Shown: positions 39,240-56,533 of the stretch, one piece after another
Layout: every line of letters begins with the position of its first letter
Numbering within the stretch: position 1 is the stretch's first letter
DNA from: Octopus vulgaris
Taxonomy: Eukaryota
Reading direction: 5' to 3'
Length of the DNA stretch: 64,000 nucleotides
Assembly: GCA_951406725.2 (NCBI GenBank)
Contig: OX597832.1
Coordinates: forward strand, 15,438,001 to 15,502,000
Translations under genes and position numbers: made by a program
The notes under the pieces: model-generated
Databases searched by the model: none
The model's input: the letters and a program-made list of their open reading frames with translations, nothing else
Told to the model about the DNA's origin: nothing

Positions 39240-39640
39240 TTTTGGAAATGTACAGACTTTTGTTACTCCAGCTATGTGGTAGTCTATCAAAAGCTTTTTA
39301 GAGGCTATCTAGGCTATCGAGTTCTTTTGTTTGTGACGATCTTTTACGAACATCTTATTGATGTTTAGCTGATCCGTACTAACATCTCTCTTGACTGGAG
39401 ACAGCTATATTTCTTTTCAAAGAATGTGGCATCTACCCTAGTGGGCAAAAAGGGTGTAAATATGAGTGCTATTGTTGTAAAGATCAGCTAAACATCAATA
39501 AGATGTTCGTAGAAGATCGTCACAAACAAAAGAACTCGATAGCCTAGGTAGCCTATAAAAAGTTTTGATAGACTACCACATACCTGGAATAAGAAAAGTA
39601 TGTAAATTACCAAAACAACACGTACCCTGCGAATTTTTTT
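39240..39640 (+). mobile_element. R4/Dong LINE RT fragment with a 5' inverted duplication
   Basis: 39375-39640 aligns to ~46558-46830 (GQKGCKYECYCCKDQLNINKMFVED vs EQKGCKHGSYGCKDQLLINKMILED); 39240-39374 is the reverse complement of 39482-39615. Confidence 0.85.
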
Positions 39641-40561
39641 ACATAAAGTTCCTCTTCCATATCTTTCTATCAGGTTTTGCAGGAGAGTGATACTGCAGAA
39701 ATTATACCTGATAATGACTTACCTTATCACTTCTCTGCGTACAAAAGTACAATCTTAAATCTACGTGTGTGCGCATGCGTAAAAGAAATAGGTATGGGTT
39801 GTACGTGTGTGTACACGTGTATGTAAATCACGCAACCATAAGCTAACTACTGATTTTGAAGTAAATTCATAAAATAATCCAAAATTTACTGAACGTCAAA
39901 TATTGACTTAATATGTATGTTATTCGTGTTTCGTTAGTTCTAAAGAAGAAAATATATTAAACGATCGCTTATTCCTTTATAGGTGTAAAAATATGTCGTA
40001 ACAGTGAGTGCTTAATCTGATAAAGCATAAAACATATCCTCAGGTTTGTATTATCTCCCCAAAATTTTCCAACGAAATATAGTTAATATATTAAGAAAAT
40101 CATACGGCTATTTGGTTTGACAGATTTTTTAATCAAGATGCTAGTTATTAAAACACCATATAGTTGCCAAATAAACGTCAAGTTTCATTTTAAAGATTTC
40201 TCGGCCTCTAACTGACAACTGATCTTGCAATAGAATCAACATCACTTTCGCTATAGTCTGACGAGTTGATAAAGGAGGAAAAAGAAATATTTATAATGCT
40301 TATTTGACCTTAACTTCATTTCTATTGATAGAACATTAATGACGTCACTTAGAGAAATAAAGGAACGAAGTGTACTGGAATGCTTCCAAATACTGCTGAT
40401 ATTTAGGAGTAAATAAGTAACTTACGACTGGACACTAACATAAAACTGTAGACGAAATATATATACATATAAATATATATATATATATATATACTTTGAT
40501 ACTTTGATAGGTTTCGGCCATTATTGGCCCAGGCCATGTCTAACTTAATAGCACCACCTGG

Positions 40562-40593
<32 letters not shown>

Positions 40594-40709
40594 TAGAATG
40601 GTTGTATACTGTCAATCTAACACGAACGTGACAGTAGGGGGTACACCACCGCTGTTTAGCCCTAGGAAGCATCGACGCCTCTGATGGCTTTGACACATTT
40701 TTCCTGTGT

Positions 40710-40809
<100 letters not shown>

Positions 40810-40849
40810 GTAACATGGTGTAAACTAGTCTGAAAATGTATAATTTTTT

Positions 40850-41335
40850 ATGATTCTTCTTCTTCGTTTTCTTCTTCTTCTCCTTCTTCATCTTCCTCTT
40901 TTACTACTTTTGCCTTTTCTTCCACTTCCTGCTGTTGTGGTTTTTTTCTGTGTTTTTTTTCTGTTGCTGCTGTTGCTTTTTATAGTTGTTGTCGTTGCAG
41001 TTGTTGTTGTTCTCTTTCTCTTCTTTTTATTCTTCGTCTTCTTCCTGTTCCACATCATCCTCCTCCTCCCCCACTTCTTCTTCTACGTCATTTTGTTCGT
41101 CTTCCCCCTTCTTCCTCTTCTTCCTTCCTTTCTTCGTCTTCGTATTCTTCTTCTTCCTCTCATTTTTGTCCTTCAGTCTTCCACTACTTCTTCCACGTTT
41201 TCTCCTCCTTTGTATTCTCCTACTCTTCTTTTTCTCCTTTTTGTTCTTCTCTTCTTTATCTTATTCTACTCTCTTCTCTTCATTTTCTCTTTATCTTCTT
41301 TTTATTCTTTTTCTGTTTGCCGTCATCCCTCTTGT
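40850..41335. repeat. Degenerate (CTT)/(GTT)/(CCT) pyrimidine-rich low-complexity tract
   Basis: Directly visible; explains the hydrophobic 165-aa and 129-aa ORFs. Confidence 0.9.
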
Positions 41336-41449
41336 TGTCGATGTTGAAATAACTCTTCGCGATATTTCACAGTAAATCTATGAATGTTTAAGCCCACTCT
41401 TGTAGAATGATTCAATAATTTTCCAAGCAGCAGAAATAGAGTAGATGAA

Positions 41450-41815
41450 ACTCACATGGGATAATCCAATCTACACGGGCAGTACGCTCCAATAGAACCG
41501 ACCATATATCATTCTCCTGATGAGAGATCACACACAATAGGCTATCATCATCGTGATTATATGGCAGAAAAGATTACGGTGAAAACAGAGTTGGAGGAAA
41601 TCGGGAAGTACCATGAGCTAACGCTGGAAGCGACACAGATATATAGAGCTTCATAGATTAGTGAGGAACTAAATTGGATCGATTCACTTGAGACCATCTC
41701 AAGGAGAGGAAAATTCTTGTGTCAAAAGACGCAAGATACATAACATCATAGGAAAACCTCAGTTGGCTGCAAATCTTGAATAGTCCATGTATTGCGAAAA
41801 GTGTTGAGTCTCTCA
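41450..41815 (+). mobile_element. Decayed RLE-type LINE 3' end
   Basis: EITHNRLS (decayed NRPD), EEIGKYHELTLE and HVLRKVLSL resemble the restriction-like endonuclease end at 48280-48600. Confidence 0.5.
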
Positions 41816-41857
41816 GCTGCAGACAGTGACAAAATTTTGGAGAGAGTTCGAAAATGA

Positions 41858-42063
41858 TAATCCTTTCTACTTAATCCACAATGTCTGATATTTGGAGGAG
41901 GAGGATAATCGATTACTTTGACTCATTCATTTCACAGGTACTTAATTTTGGACAACCAAAGGATGAAAGACGATTTCAGTAGTATTTGAAATCAGAACGT
42001 AAAGATTGATAAAATGCCACGAAACATTTTGCCCAGCGGGTAACGATTCTGGCGCCTCACCAC
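41858..42063 (-). mobile_element. Family A SINE, diverged
   Basis: ggtacttaattttggacaaccaaaggatgaaag..atttgaaatcagaacgtaaaga..aacgattctggcgcctcacc is the reverse complement of the 1513-1710 family. Confidence 0.7.
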
Positions 42064-42074
42064 AATGCTTAAGT

Positions 42075-42405
42075 GCGATCGCCTGAATAGATATCGGAAT
42101 TGGACATTATTGTGGGGAATAAAAATGAAAGGCCATTCGTGATAATCGACATAGCATGTCTCAATAAACAAAGTTAAAGAAGAAAAACCGAATAACTAAG
42201 ACGATTTGAAGTGGGAAATGCATAAGTTGTGGTCAATGAGGAAAGTAGACGTGATACCAATAATAATTGTCGCACGTGGAAGTATCAACAATCAACTACC
42301 AACATGGCTGAAAATGATTGTTACAAATGTAATGGTGGAACAACTACAAAAGTTAGCATTGCTTTGAAATGCAAAAAAATTCTAAGTAGGGTTCTTGAAA
42401 TATAA
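42075..42405 (+). mobile_element. Decayed RLE-type LINE 3' end
   Basis: DII..FVIIDIAC..DLKWEMHKLWSMRKVDVIPIIIVARGSI..EQLQKLALL matches the RLE C-terminus (compare 48330-48590). Confidence 0.7.
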
Positions 42406-42689
42406 CCATAGTCATCTTATGAGACTTGCCATCATACACAGCAAATGCGTTCAGAGTCTTCATCAAATAACGAGGATACATTTTTGCTCAAACCTAGCAA
42501 ATTCGCAGATGGGCCGAAGCTGAGTACACCGAAACCAATGCTCAACTGGTCCATATTTTACCGACTCTGAAAGGAAGAAAAGCAATGTTGGTGGAATATG
42601 AGCTGCGAAAATGAAGACGAACAAGATACCAGTGAAATTTAATGTGTAACGTAAGGGGTTGAAGCGTCTTTATAAATGAGAATATTTCC

Positions 42690-43260
42690 TTTCCATCCTA
42701 TATCTGTATATCTCGTCAGGAAAAGATGGATTACAAATATATCTGTAATATACCGATACATCTTCATCCTTGATGAAATAGGCATTTAAGATCCAGTCAC
42801 ACATATTGAATTGTTTTACGTTATTATTTGTTCGCCTATTGCTTCGTTTTGTTTACTCTTCGAGTGAATGCACTTTTTCCAGCAATAGTAATTTAGCTCT
42901 GTACGTGTTTCCATTCGTAAATCATTTGTTACTTCTAAAGAATGTGAGTCTTTTAAAGCCTTGTTCTTGCATGAGTTGTGCCATGTTATTGGTCAGCGAA
43001 TTCATAAGTGTTTCATTATTTCCACAAAGCGTCCATTTGCTCTGAGTTAGGTCACTGTGACGCAAACAACCGCTGGTCCTTTCAGTTGAATATCAATCCG
43101 CGAATAATGCATTTTTCACCAACCAAATATTACCTATCACCGCTCTAAAACATGGATCTTTCCCAGTCAAAATTGCATTAATCATGTTGAGCGCATTGCT
43201 AGTTAAGTTAGTGTTGAATTATCTCCCCATGGTCTTGGTATGAAATTGTGCCAAATGAGT
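42690..43260 (-). mobile_element. Possible very decayed RLE LINE (Hero-like) fragment
   Basis: Minus-strand remnants LCGNNETLMNSLTN..QG and LTRYTDI resemble the CCHC knuckle and RPDI motifs; heavily disrupted. Confidence 0.3.
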
Positions 43261-44519
43261 CATTTTCAGGATACAAATGGTGACTGAACATAACACAACG
43301 AAGAAAATATAGAGCAAACCGAAGAATAATTATAAAACAATAGTGTTACATCGTTAAAATTCGACTAGACTATGGAAACGACAACATTTATAGTAGCCAT
43401 ATAAACAACAAAAACCTAATGATATACGAAACAATATTAATAACCACGATGGCGATATCAAGTACAGCAGCAACAATACGCATCGATGTTGTATTGATTG
43501 TGATTTTAACGAATATCTCCCAGCCCACCTCACCGCAATATTGATCTTCGTTTATAACACTTTCGATTTATAACACTTTGAATACAATCTTAATATTATT
43601 ATAGACTTCCTTACTTTAAAACAAAATTCTGCAATCACAACAGTGAAGCAGACATTCCTTGTAAATGGCGTTGGGAAGAATTGGAGAGGTAGTTAGTGGT
43701 TTACAGTAAATTTTGAGATGGCTTTCTTCATTTTGTATGGTTTTTCATTTATTTTATTTTTATCTTTGATTTTGTTTACTTTTAGATTTGTTTATGCTGT
43801 ATTGCTGTTTTCGTATGTTCTGTTTTAGAAATCAGAAACGTGGTTCAATATTGATTTAATATAATGCGCAAAGAAAGCATTTTAAACTAATGTCAAGTCC
43901 GTTTGAACAAGCAGACATTTTATCTATGGTTTTTAATTGATGGTACAAGCGCAACGGGTCAGGGAGTCGAGGGGCCATTGGGAAAGAGAGAGAAAAACAT
44001 ACGACGCAAGAACAAAGAAAAAATAACATTAAATTCTTCACTGATGCATTGTTCTAAATTACTGACGAGTAACCAAAACCAAATTTAGATGATGAATTAA
44101 TAAAAGTCATGGTATTATGATATATTTATATTTTTATATTATTAGACAATAGCAATTTATATGGCATTGTTCATTCATTATTTTCAAATGAAATGATGAA
44201 TATATTTTCCCGGAATATATTTATTACTACTAAATTTCAGAAATATCACATAAATGTGAATGAAGAGAGGAAACACTAGAGTACCTCAGCCTCATTTCAT
44301 ACTATACTATTGATTTGAAATAATAATAATAATAACAACAACAACAGCAACAGCAACAAAAACAGGAACAAGAAAAAACACAGAAAATGATAAATGGTGA
44401 GGGTGTTGATGGTGGTTGTCTTCGTCGTCGTCATGATCATCGTCGTCGTCGTGATGATGATAATGGTGCAGATGATGATGGTGGTGATGATAACGATAAT
44501 GATGATGATGTTGATAACT

Positions 44520-45744
44520 TTTTTCTTAATACGCGCAGATGTTAGGTGGACAAAGAATGGGCTTGAGGAAATGGATAGGAAAACTAAAATATCCTGATTA
44601 CAATTAACAAGGAATTAGATCCCAAAAAGCGATACTAACAGACTGCATATGTCTGGAAACAGGAGTGGAAGAGGTCTCTTAGTATTGAGGATTTGTGATG
44701 TGAACAGGAAGAAGACACTTGGATGGGACATCAAACTGCAGAATCAATCTTTGCTTGCAACTGTTAGAATTAACAATATACTGAAAATGTGATGCGCCTA
44801 CAAACATTTAAGAAACAAGATAAAGAAGAAAGTGTAAAATACCGAAAAATGGAACCCCTGCATGGACAATATATCAGAGAAATGGAAAGAAAAGACAAAG
44901 TAAATGCTTGGAGATAGTTAGAAAAATTGATCTTGAAGGATTCCTTGGGGTATTGATATGCAGAGCCCTGGAAGAAGCTATGAGAATTATTTACATCAAG
45001 TTCCAAAAAGATAAGAGCTGCGAATCGCCACTTTGTAGGATGTGTTAAAGCAGAAACGAAACCATGGCGCATATTGTGTGTGGGTGAGGCAAGCTGAACC
45101 AAAAATCACTACAAAAGGAGTCACGAAAACGTGGTTTAATTCTGCTATTGGAGGTTTTGTGGGTACGTACGGCCTGAAGGGAGCACGAAAATGATACGAA
45201 CATGAACCAGAGTCACTGAAAACAAGGAATATGAGCTACTCTGAAATTCTACAATATAATATGACTCACTAATTGAGGCTCAGAGACCGGACAGTGGTGT
45301 GGTAGATAAAGGGAAAATATAAACCAAGATCATAGGTTCATCATACCTGAAGATGCACGCATAAGTGACAAAGAACTGGAAATTGTTATAAAGTACAGAC
45401 TAATAATGAAAGAAATTGCAATAATGTGGTCTGTGAAGAGAGTGTCTGTCATTCCAATAGTTATAGAGGCACGCGGAATAAAAACACAAGTGCGACAAAT
45501 ATGTGAAAAGAATCGGAATTGACTTTAGAGCAGAGCAGGCTGCACAAATTTGCTTTACTGGTGACAGCTAGGACTTTGAGATTGTTGCTTGGATGTTGAA
45601 TGTCTCCCATGATGAAAAACAGCCAGGTACCAAAGGCTATGATGTGCCGAAAGAGACATTATGAGATCACTGACAGCAGACTGCTGTCTGCTGTCAAATA
45701 ATCTGCCAGAACAAACAAGATCGAACGTTCTGAGAAGTAAAACG
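44520..45744 (+). mobile_element. Old R4/Dong-related LINE 3' third with 3' UTR
   Basis: EEMDRKT..PKSDTNRLHMS..GRGL, PLHGQYIRE, SPLCRMC..ETMAHIV, HENV, YEHEPE, AQRPD, KRVSVIPIVI, GTARTLR; many stops; ends in (TAA)n. Confidence 0.8.
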
Positions 45745-48826
<3,082 letters not shown>

Positions 48827-48882
<56 letters not shown>

Positions 48883-48890
48883 TAACAATA
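48827..48890. repeat. (TAA)n microsatellite, downstream flank of the LINE
   Basis: Directly visible. Confidence 0.9.
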
Positions 48891-49217
48891 GATAAGAAAA
48901 AAAACAACAGAACAAGCGAAATGAACTTTTGAACTGTCAGACACGTAACTAAACAAAAAACAATATAAGACTTTTTTTAAAAAAGGAGTTGTATACATAG
49001 ATTAGCTACACGGAGACAGAGCTCTTTTAGCAAAACAAGACGTAATTACAAGTTTCGAATTGTGATTGCGTGCGAGAAAAAAAAATCCACATTGAATGAA
49101 ACTATGGAATCTTATCAACGAATCGGCCTAAGATTAACTCTGATGTGTATTTGTGTGCGTGTGTGTGTGCATACGCGCGTGTATGCCTGTGTGTGAGTAG
49201 GCATTTATGTATATATA

Positions 49218-49250
<33 letters not shown>

Positions 49251-49983
49251 TTAATCAGATGATATCAGCACAACTAAGATGGAATAAACGGGGAAAAGAA
49301 GAAACGAACATGTTATGTTTGGTGCATTAACTTATCTTAGTATATGAGCGATATGAACTTACACAGAACTTCTAGCGATCACACTTAGAGTCCGTTTAAT
49401 GAGAACACAACCTGACCTCCTGTATTATTCCCTCCTCATTATACAGGACGGAATAATTAGGAAGATATTAACAAATACAGCGAACATCATGTTGGTGCTG
49501 TGCTAACTGCAAAGTGAATTCAAAGTAAGATGTTACAGGCACTGTGTCTAAGGACTTTAGGTAAATCAATATATTTTTGACTTAACTGAAGAGAAACTAA
49601 CGGAAGTGGCCAATACTATTAAGCGAACTCAGTGAATAACAGAATTGGCGGTAGAAGATATCGCAAGCCAATTAAAAAAGCGATAGAGAACCCAAACTGA
49701 ACAAACCAGGATGGAACAAGATGATTAAGTGATATAGCTGAAGCCAAGCAAGAGCTTACAAGAAATGATTACACAATGAATCGTGAAGGGAGTAAGATCT
49801 TAGATCATTTGAATGAATTAATAATTAAAGAGGGAAGAAATGTTAAACGCATTAAAAAGTGAAAATACAAAGGAATTACCAGTTATTACTAAAAAAAGTA
49901 GATTCTCTCATCTGTATGATTAATGATAAAAGTATAGGAGGCACGAACATATTCAACTACGTAAGAGAGATAGTTATTTCTAT

Positions 49984-51696
49984 GGAATAAAAGCAATTAA
50001 ATTCTGGTTGGGAAAGTACCCTGAACTCGTCCCGGAACGCATAAACCAGATCTTTATTAATGAATCCTTAAAATTTATACTTCAGAACAATTATTTCCTA
50101 TTTGATGACACATACTATCGTCCGAAATGCGGAATAGCGATGGTGACGGAAGCAGCTCCTGTTTTTGTGAACCTAATAATAGGTTATTTTTAATTCACCT
50201 TATATGAAGTATCACTTCAGAAATATGGGTACCCATTTTACCTCTACATAAGAGAAAATTGAAAGCGATACCTGGATAACTGTTTTATCATCTGGAAGGA
50301 GACCATTGACAGACTTTTCGATTTCAAAACAACAATATATGACATAAATAGTAACATTCAATTCAAAATGGAATATAACAAAGAACAACTTCCATTTTTA
50401 GACATCATGATACAAAAAGGTAACAATGAAATCATATCTGACATTTATTATATACCAACTGACTCAAAACAATATCGTCTTTTTAACTAATGCTACCCGA
50501 AACACCTAAAAATAAACATCTCTTTTAACTTAGCAAATATAATCTGCACAATAGTGTCTGATAGAACAACTCGGGAACTTCGCCTTCAAGACCTCAAAAC
50601 AACACTTATTGAAAGACAATATCCACCCTCTCTTATCGACGAAGGATTTAAACGTGCCAAATAATTAGACACAAAAACACTAAGAACAAAATAACATAGC
50701 ACCACACCTCAAACCAAAACATTACTTTTTATATCAACACACAACCCCAGAAACAGTGAGGCACTCAACACCATTGTGCAAACTCTCCCTTTACTAACTA
50801 GAGATCCAAAAATGAACAACATCCTGTAAACGCACAAACTTATCAAATGCAAAACACAAGACAAATCGCTAACGAGACTACTAACAAATGCGAAGCTTTA
50901 CAAAATAACCACGAAACCATTGGTTGAAAAATGTGGACGCCCGAATTGTGAAACCTGCCCCAACCTGCTTGAAGGCTCGGATTTCCTTTTCAAACAAGGA
51001 CAGAGGTTCACAATTAAAACTAGTTTCACCTGTGCCTCTGAGAACCTAATATATGTAATAACCTGCTCGGGTTGCAGTCATCAGTACATTGGACAAACGA
51101 GTTTAACTATGAGGAAGTGAATCACTCTGCATAAGGAGCAAATCCGTTTCCCGCAATACAGACAAATTCCTCTTAGTGAACTCATGGACAAATGTGCAGG
51201 TAACATCAAACCAAATTTCACAGTCTTCCCTTTCTACCAATGCAAAGACGCAATCTCTCAGCTAGAACGCTTAAATAAAGAAAAAAAGTTTCATTGAAAA
51301 ATACAAAACACCTCTTAATAGGCACGCATAACCAACTTTTATATTTTTACATATTACATCACTGTACATAAATCCCTACTAAACAAGGTCCCCTTTTTTT
51401 TAAACCTGTCTCTTTTCTGTACACATATTTATTCCCCACCCAAAACATGAAGAGTTATCTCCCTTAAAAACAACAATAACAATAATAACAACCAATTACC
51501 TCCCTTTATTTGTCTACTTCTAAAGTCATTCACTCGTGAATCTCATCACAGACAACATGGACCAAATTCCTTCTTAAGAAAAAATATATATTCATATAAA
51601 TTAAACATTATATCATAAATAGCGATAGCGAAACCGGTCGATATATTAAAAATTATATTAAAACTATGTAAGTGTGCGTATTTTCCTTTTCCAAGT

Positions 51697-51700
<4 letters not shown>
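49984..51700 (+). mobile_element. Decayed Penelope-like element (Neptune-type linker), RT C-terminal half plus GIY-YIG
   Basis: One frame with scattered stops: ILQNNYFLFD..GIAMVT..AP, RYLDNCF, LPFLD, DIYYIPTDSKQY, CGRPNCETC (zinc linker), NLIYVITCSGC..QYIGQT..H; 3' region ends at (TA)n. Confidence 0.88.
51609..51645 (+). ncRNA. Inactivated hammerhead relic at the 3' end of the Penelope element
   Basis: UAUAUC-[AUAAAUA in place of CUGAUGA]-GCGAUAGC-GAAA-CCGG-UC-GAUAUA; stems I and III and GAAA kept, first core box lost. Confidence 0.6.
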
Positions 51701-51757
<57 letters not shown>

Positions 51758-54700
51758 CATATACTTGCTACGTAACATACCTTAAAGTGGCATTAATGCT
51801 ATAATAAAAGCTATAATTATCTACTCCACCCCACTGCGTTCAACGGGGTATCACTTTTCCGGGTCCATGGAGACATTTTGTTGAGGGAAATAATCAATTG
51901 TATTGAATATCATTTCTCTCCATTTATGCAATCCACTAAAATTTGAAAACGTCTCTCTCTATCGAAATAAGTACCTTGCATTATGTAGCGTTGTGCAACA
52001 AATTATTTCATCGGAAACTATACTAAATTTAAGTATTTTCCCAGTTATATTTTACTAACAATTCTTGTGAGAAAGAAATAAAGCAACATAATAAAACAAC
52101 AGTGTCTTTTCTGTTCTTTTCATACAAGCAGATACGCAGCAGACTTTTAATGCAAATAACTGAACCTATTACAGCATATACCGTAATCGAAAAGGAACAC
52201 CAGATAAAATTATTTACTTTATCTTAATTTGAACACAGAGGAGAAAAGGAGCAAAATAAATTACATATGATATTTTGTTATGTACTCTTGCAAATACCTA
52301 ATTGTATGGCATCCGATTAATTCAGGATCAATGATACTACAAGTGATTAATGTTATAGGAACAGCGAATATGTAGTCCTAGATGTATCTAATTACATGTA
52401 ATCCTACACAGGGATTGTCCTTGAAAGTAAAGCTGCAAAAGTGCTGATGACATGAATATAAACTGCATCATTGAAAAACAAGTATGCTACAGATATAAAT
52501 GATTAGTTTGTTTTTTAAAAGGTTTCTCCATTAATGGGTTCCTATACCGTACACTAATACTGAACTGTCCACTTCATACAGAACATTTAGATATTAAATA
52601 TTTTAGTCCACTCTGACGCAAGGTATTCTCAGGTATCACTAGATACTATGAGAACCGTCAGGTAGAGACTGCCTACATCATTTGGAGAGCTAGAATAATA
52701 ATCCTCCGATGCTGAATTAAAATAGCAACTGTTTATATTTGTGCTAGAATAGCAATAGACAAAGGTATGGAATATGGTTATAAGAGCCAAGCATGAATTT
52801 CTTTTCATGTGAATATAAATCAGAAAAGGTAATCCGGATTTTGTTCAAACATATCAGTATCTGGGTGTGCTAATGCTGGTTTGTGAAAAAGAAAACAAAA
52901 GATAATGAACATAATAGAGATGGGAAATGGGTGTAGGTATTGCCTGGGGAATAAATCTAATGCGTTCGTGGGTGTGTATGATATGAAGGTATTCTGCAAC
53001 ATATACAAGAAATGGTGGATTTGCTTGAGAAAGTTGCCAAATGCAATGCTACTTTTAGAAGCATATATGTACTCCATAAAAGGATTCAAACTTTAAGAAG
53101 TTTTATGCTAACCGCAATGTGTTCGTAGATGATAGGAAATTGCAAAAAGGTTTACATACTTAAATATGAAGTAGGTAGTCATCTCACAATCACACACAGA
53201 AACACAAACGCTGATACAGTCGTACACAAAGACACATATCTAAATTGAAAACAAGCAAGAAATAATATGCAAGAAATCCTGAACAAATGAGATTATTTTG
53301 AGGAGGTTTCCAACGATACGATCCTGAAAGAGATAAAGATGACAAATATATTTGTTTCGAAAGGATTACTAGAGATGCTGAGATATTTATGAATCTTCAT
53401 ACATAATAGTGTCTGTGCTACTACCCTTGATAATGTGGAATTTTTTACACCTGTAACTAGTTTATTTCCGTATAATTAATTCCAGTTGTGAAGGTATCTT
53501 CGACAACTCCAGAATTCGTAGAAAATAATACGAAAGAAAAATATTTAAAAAATAAAATAAGATTATGATTTTTGTCTAAAAGTATGTTCGTGTGGAAAAT
53601 CCTTTACTAATTAGAATATATGGACGAAAGGCTGGCAGGGCTGCAGCCTCATTGCGTATCAACAATATGTCTACTCCATTACACAGCGTGTTTCAAAAGA
53701 ATCTCATCAGACATTTTTAATGGAGAAGCTCCAGGAACAATGGCAATATGAAGAATGAACATGAATACATAGCTGAAAGGAAGTGTACACAATGAATTAA
53801 ATGTATTAAAATGAATTTCGACACACTGGAATTAATTGCCCCAAAATTCCAGTAACGTACTATGAATTCTCCAAATGCTGACGAAGGTGATTAAGTTGTT
53901 AAATATATCTCCCACGAGGAGTATTTCAAACGTTATCACAAGGTTATGGCAACTCTTAATATAAAAAGCAAAACTAAAGCGGGGAGCTTGGCACATTCTT
54001 TAGTGCGACGGTAAAAATGCTATTGTCCGTTTTTTTCTGCTTTCGGTTCCCAAATAGCATATGATGCAGCACATCAGAAACTTCGATGGAATTAATAGGT
54101 AAAATACTTTTAACTTCAGAGAGGTAAATGCAAAAATAACTTCACGTACGCAACTAGTTTGTAATGTCGAAATACGCTCCCTTATTTTCCAAAGCGTTAG
54201 TTTCCCAAATATTTCGGGTGTTGACAACTAAGGAGAAGTGTTAGATTTTAGAGCAATATATTGTTGTGATGTGTTTCATAAGCCTTAAGATGAAAGTCAA
54301 TGCTATCAAAAGAATTAGGCAAGAGTGTATCTCAAGGGGTTAGAAAAGAGATGACGGTAAGGGTGCGCTTAACAGAGTAAGATTTTGAAATACATAGCAA
54401 TAAAGATGTGCTGCATCAAACAAAGTTGATGAGCCATGTCATCTGCAGAGTTTGCATATTTTCTTTGTTGAAAGAGAATATATGGTTCAAAACATAATCT
54501 CTACATATAGAGAAAAATACTTAGAGGAATTGTAAGAATCGGAGACTTGAAAATATATGATGCAGAAACAATAAGAATTCGTTTTGAATAAGAAGGTATC
54601 GGTACGACCATAAAGAATAACACTTCGGTGAAAATGATCTTCTAATTTTACTATACTTGTTTTGAAAATTTAAATTACTACATTTGGAAATTTTAATATA

Positions 54701-55379
54701 CGTTTTAAAAAATTGAAATGAATAGTTGTTGAAAGCTCATATCGTAGCATGCATTCTGCAACTGGAAAACATGAGAAATGTAATAGCTGGCTGTTTAATT
54801 GAAGCTGATTTCTCGTCCGATATCTGAGTACAAAATATAGACGTCAGAAATGAAAGGATCTTCAATAATTCTGGATTACTTTAAATTAAGACGGATCATA
54901 CGTGTAATAGAGAGTTAAGAAACATCGGCAAGAAATTTAAGTGATTGATTGAGGAAAGTAAGGCATCGAAACACCCAAGAAATGTACAAGTAACTAAAGT
55001 AGCTGATAAGCCAATATCAGGTTGAACCACTTTGAAATGCTGAATGAAAGAAACAAATGATATAAAGAAAATTGACAGAGTATTTTTAGACGTACATCTT
55101 GTTTCATTTGTCGGTGTAGTAGAGGCAACAATTACAGCATTGGTGAGAACAACGAGATAAGTAACTACTATAAGTACTTTTATGCTTATATTTATTTGAA
55201 TGATGACTGCAACCTAGAAGGAAGTATACAAATCAATTATATCAATTACTGTAACTGTCCGGCTATACTCTCATTTATTCAAATTCATAGCACTTTCCAC
55301 ACTAACATTACTGTATATATTTATACATACACCCACATTCATACATACATACACACTCAAACTCACACACACACACACA

Positions 55380-55467
<88 letters not shown>

Positions 55468-55829
55468 CACTGATACTGAACAGGTGGGACTGTTTCCATT
55501 TCAATGCACTCCCAATTAGTCTGCCATCAACTGTAACCAATCTAATACGATACTGAGAATGAACTATAACAACTTCTCGACGATTTCCTGTGACTATATG
55601 ATCATACAAACGACACCCTTCGACTCCCATTGATTTCTCATTTCTCACTCTCAGTCAAAAACGCTGCAACGTGTACGATTTTGGCTAGTCTATTCGTAGA
55701 GGTGGTGTTACAGATCGTGAAATTATTGTCGTAAAAAATTACACAAAGAAGAAAATAATACTGGCATTTAAAGGATATATTTACCAGAATTAAATAAAAA
55801 AAGGTTTTGAAATAAGAAAGAGTAGATTG

Positions 55830-56300
55830 ATTCAGTAGCATCGGCATTGGCTTCAACCACTGCTTCAAGATAACTTGGGAACATCCTACAAGTTCCCTGG
55901 ACGGTCTCCGTTTTTCAGATGGTGATTGTTTACATAATCCTTGCTTTCAGTGTATCTTTGGTGTTACAAGGAATAGTGTTTGTCTCTCGCTCAAGTGTGT
56001 CCCACATATAATAGACAAGTGGGTTGCAGTTTGGAGAGTTAGATCACTGGAGGTTAGGTGTGATGTGGTCTTAGAAATTGTCTGAATGCCATGACTGGTG
56101 TCTCCCAGCTGTTCTAGCAACTAGCGCCTTGACCCAGGGCACCACTACATCCTCCGTGCACTTGATGTAAGCCTCCATATTGAGTCTGAGGCTGTGAGGG
56201 ATGCATGACGTGGCCATCACTAGTGGACACTTCAAACATGAATTGGACTGGATGTTTGATTCTTATCATTCCCGGTACATGTCCTTAGATTGCAATAGCC
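55830..56300 (-). pseudogene. Tc1/mariner superfamily (DD37D/maT-like) transposase C-terminal relic
   Basis: KHPVQFM..SDGHVM, LRLNMEAYIKC.EDVVVPWV, SNSPNCNPLVYYMWDTLERETN..CNTKDTLKARI, LEAVVEANAD (decayed WPPNSPDCNPLDY). Confidence 0.75.
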
Positions 56301-56476
56301 TCAGACTGACACCACGAACACCAAATGAATATTCATATATGTGTGGCGAGGGTGTATTTACATATATATCTATATACATAAATGCTTAATTTCTTTTCCG
56401 GTGAATGTTTTGCATATGCATATAAAAGTCCCTAATATATTATGGTAGTTACATCATAATGTTGCCAAATGTTACC

Positions 56477-56527
<51 letters not shown>

Positions 56528-56533
<6 letters not shown>

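Noticed and set aside
52300-55000. Purine-rich stretch suggestive of an ancient LINE
   Set aside because: No diagnostic APE or RT motif could be read with confidence.
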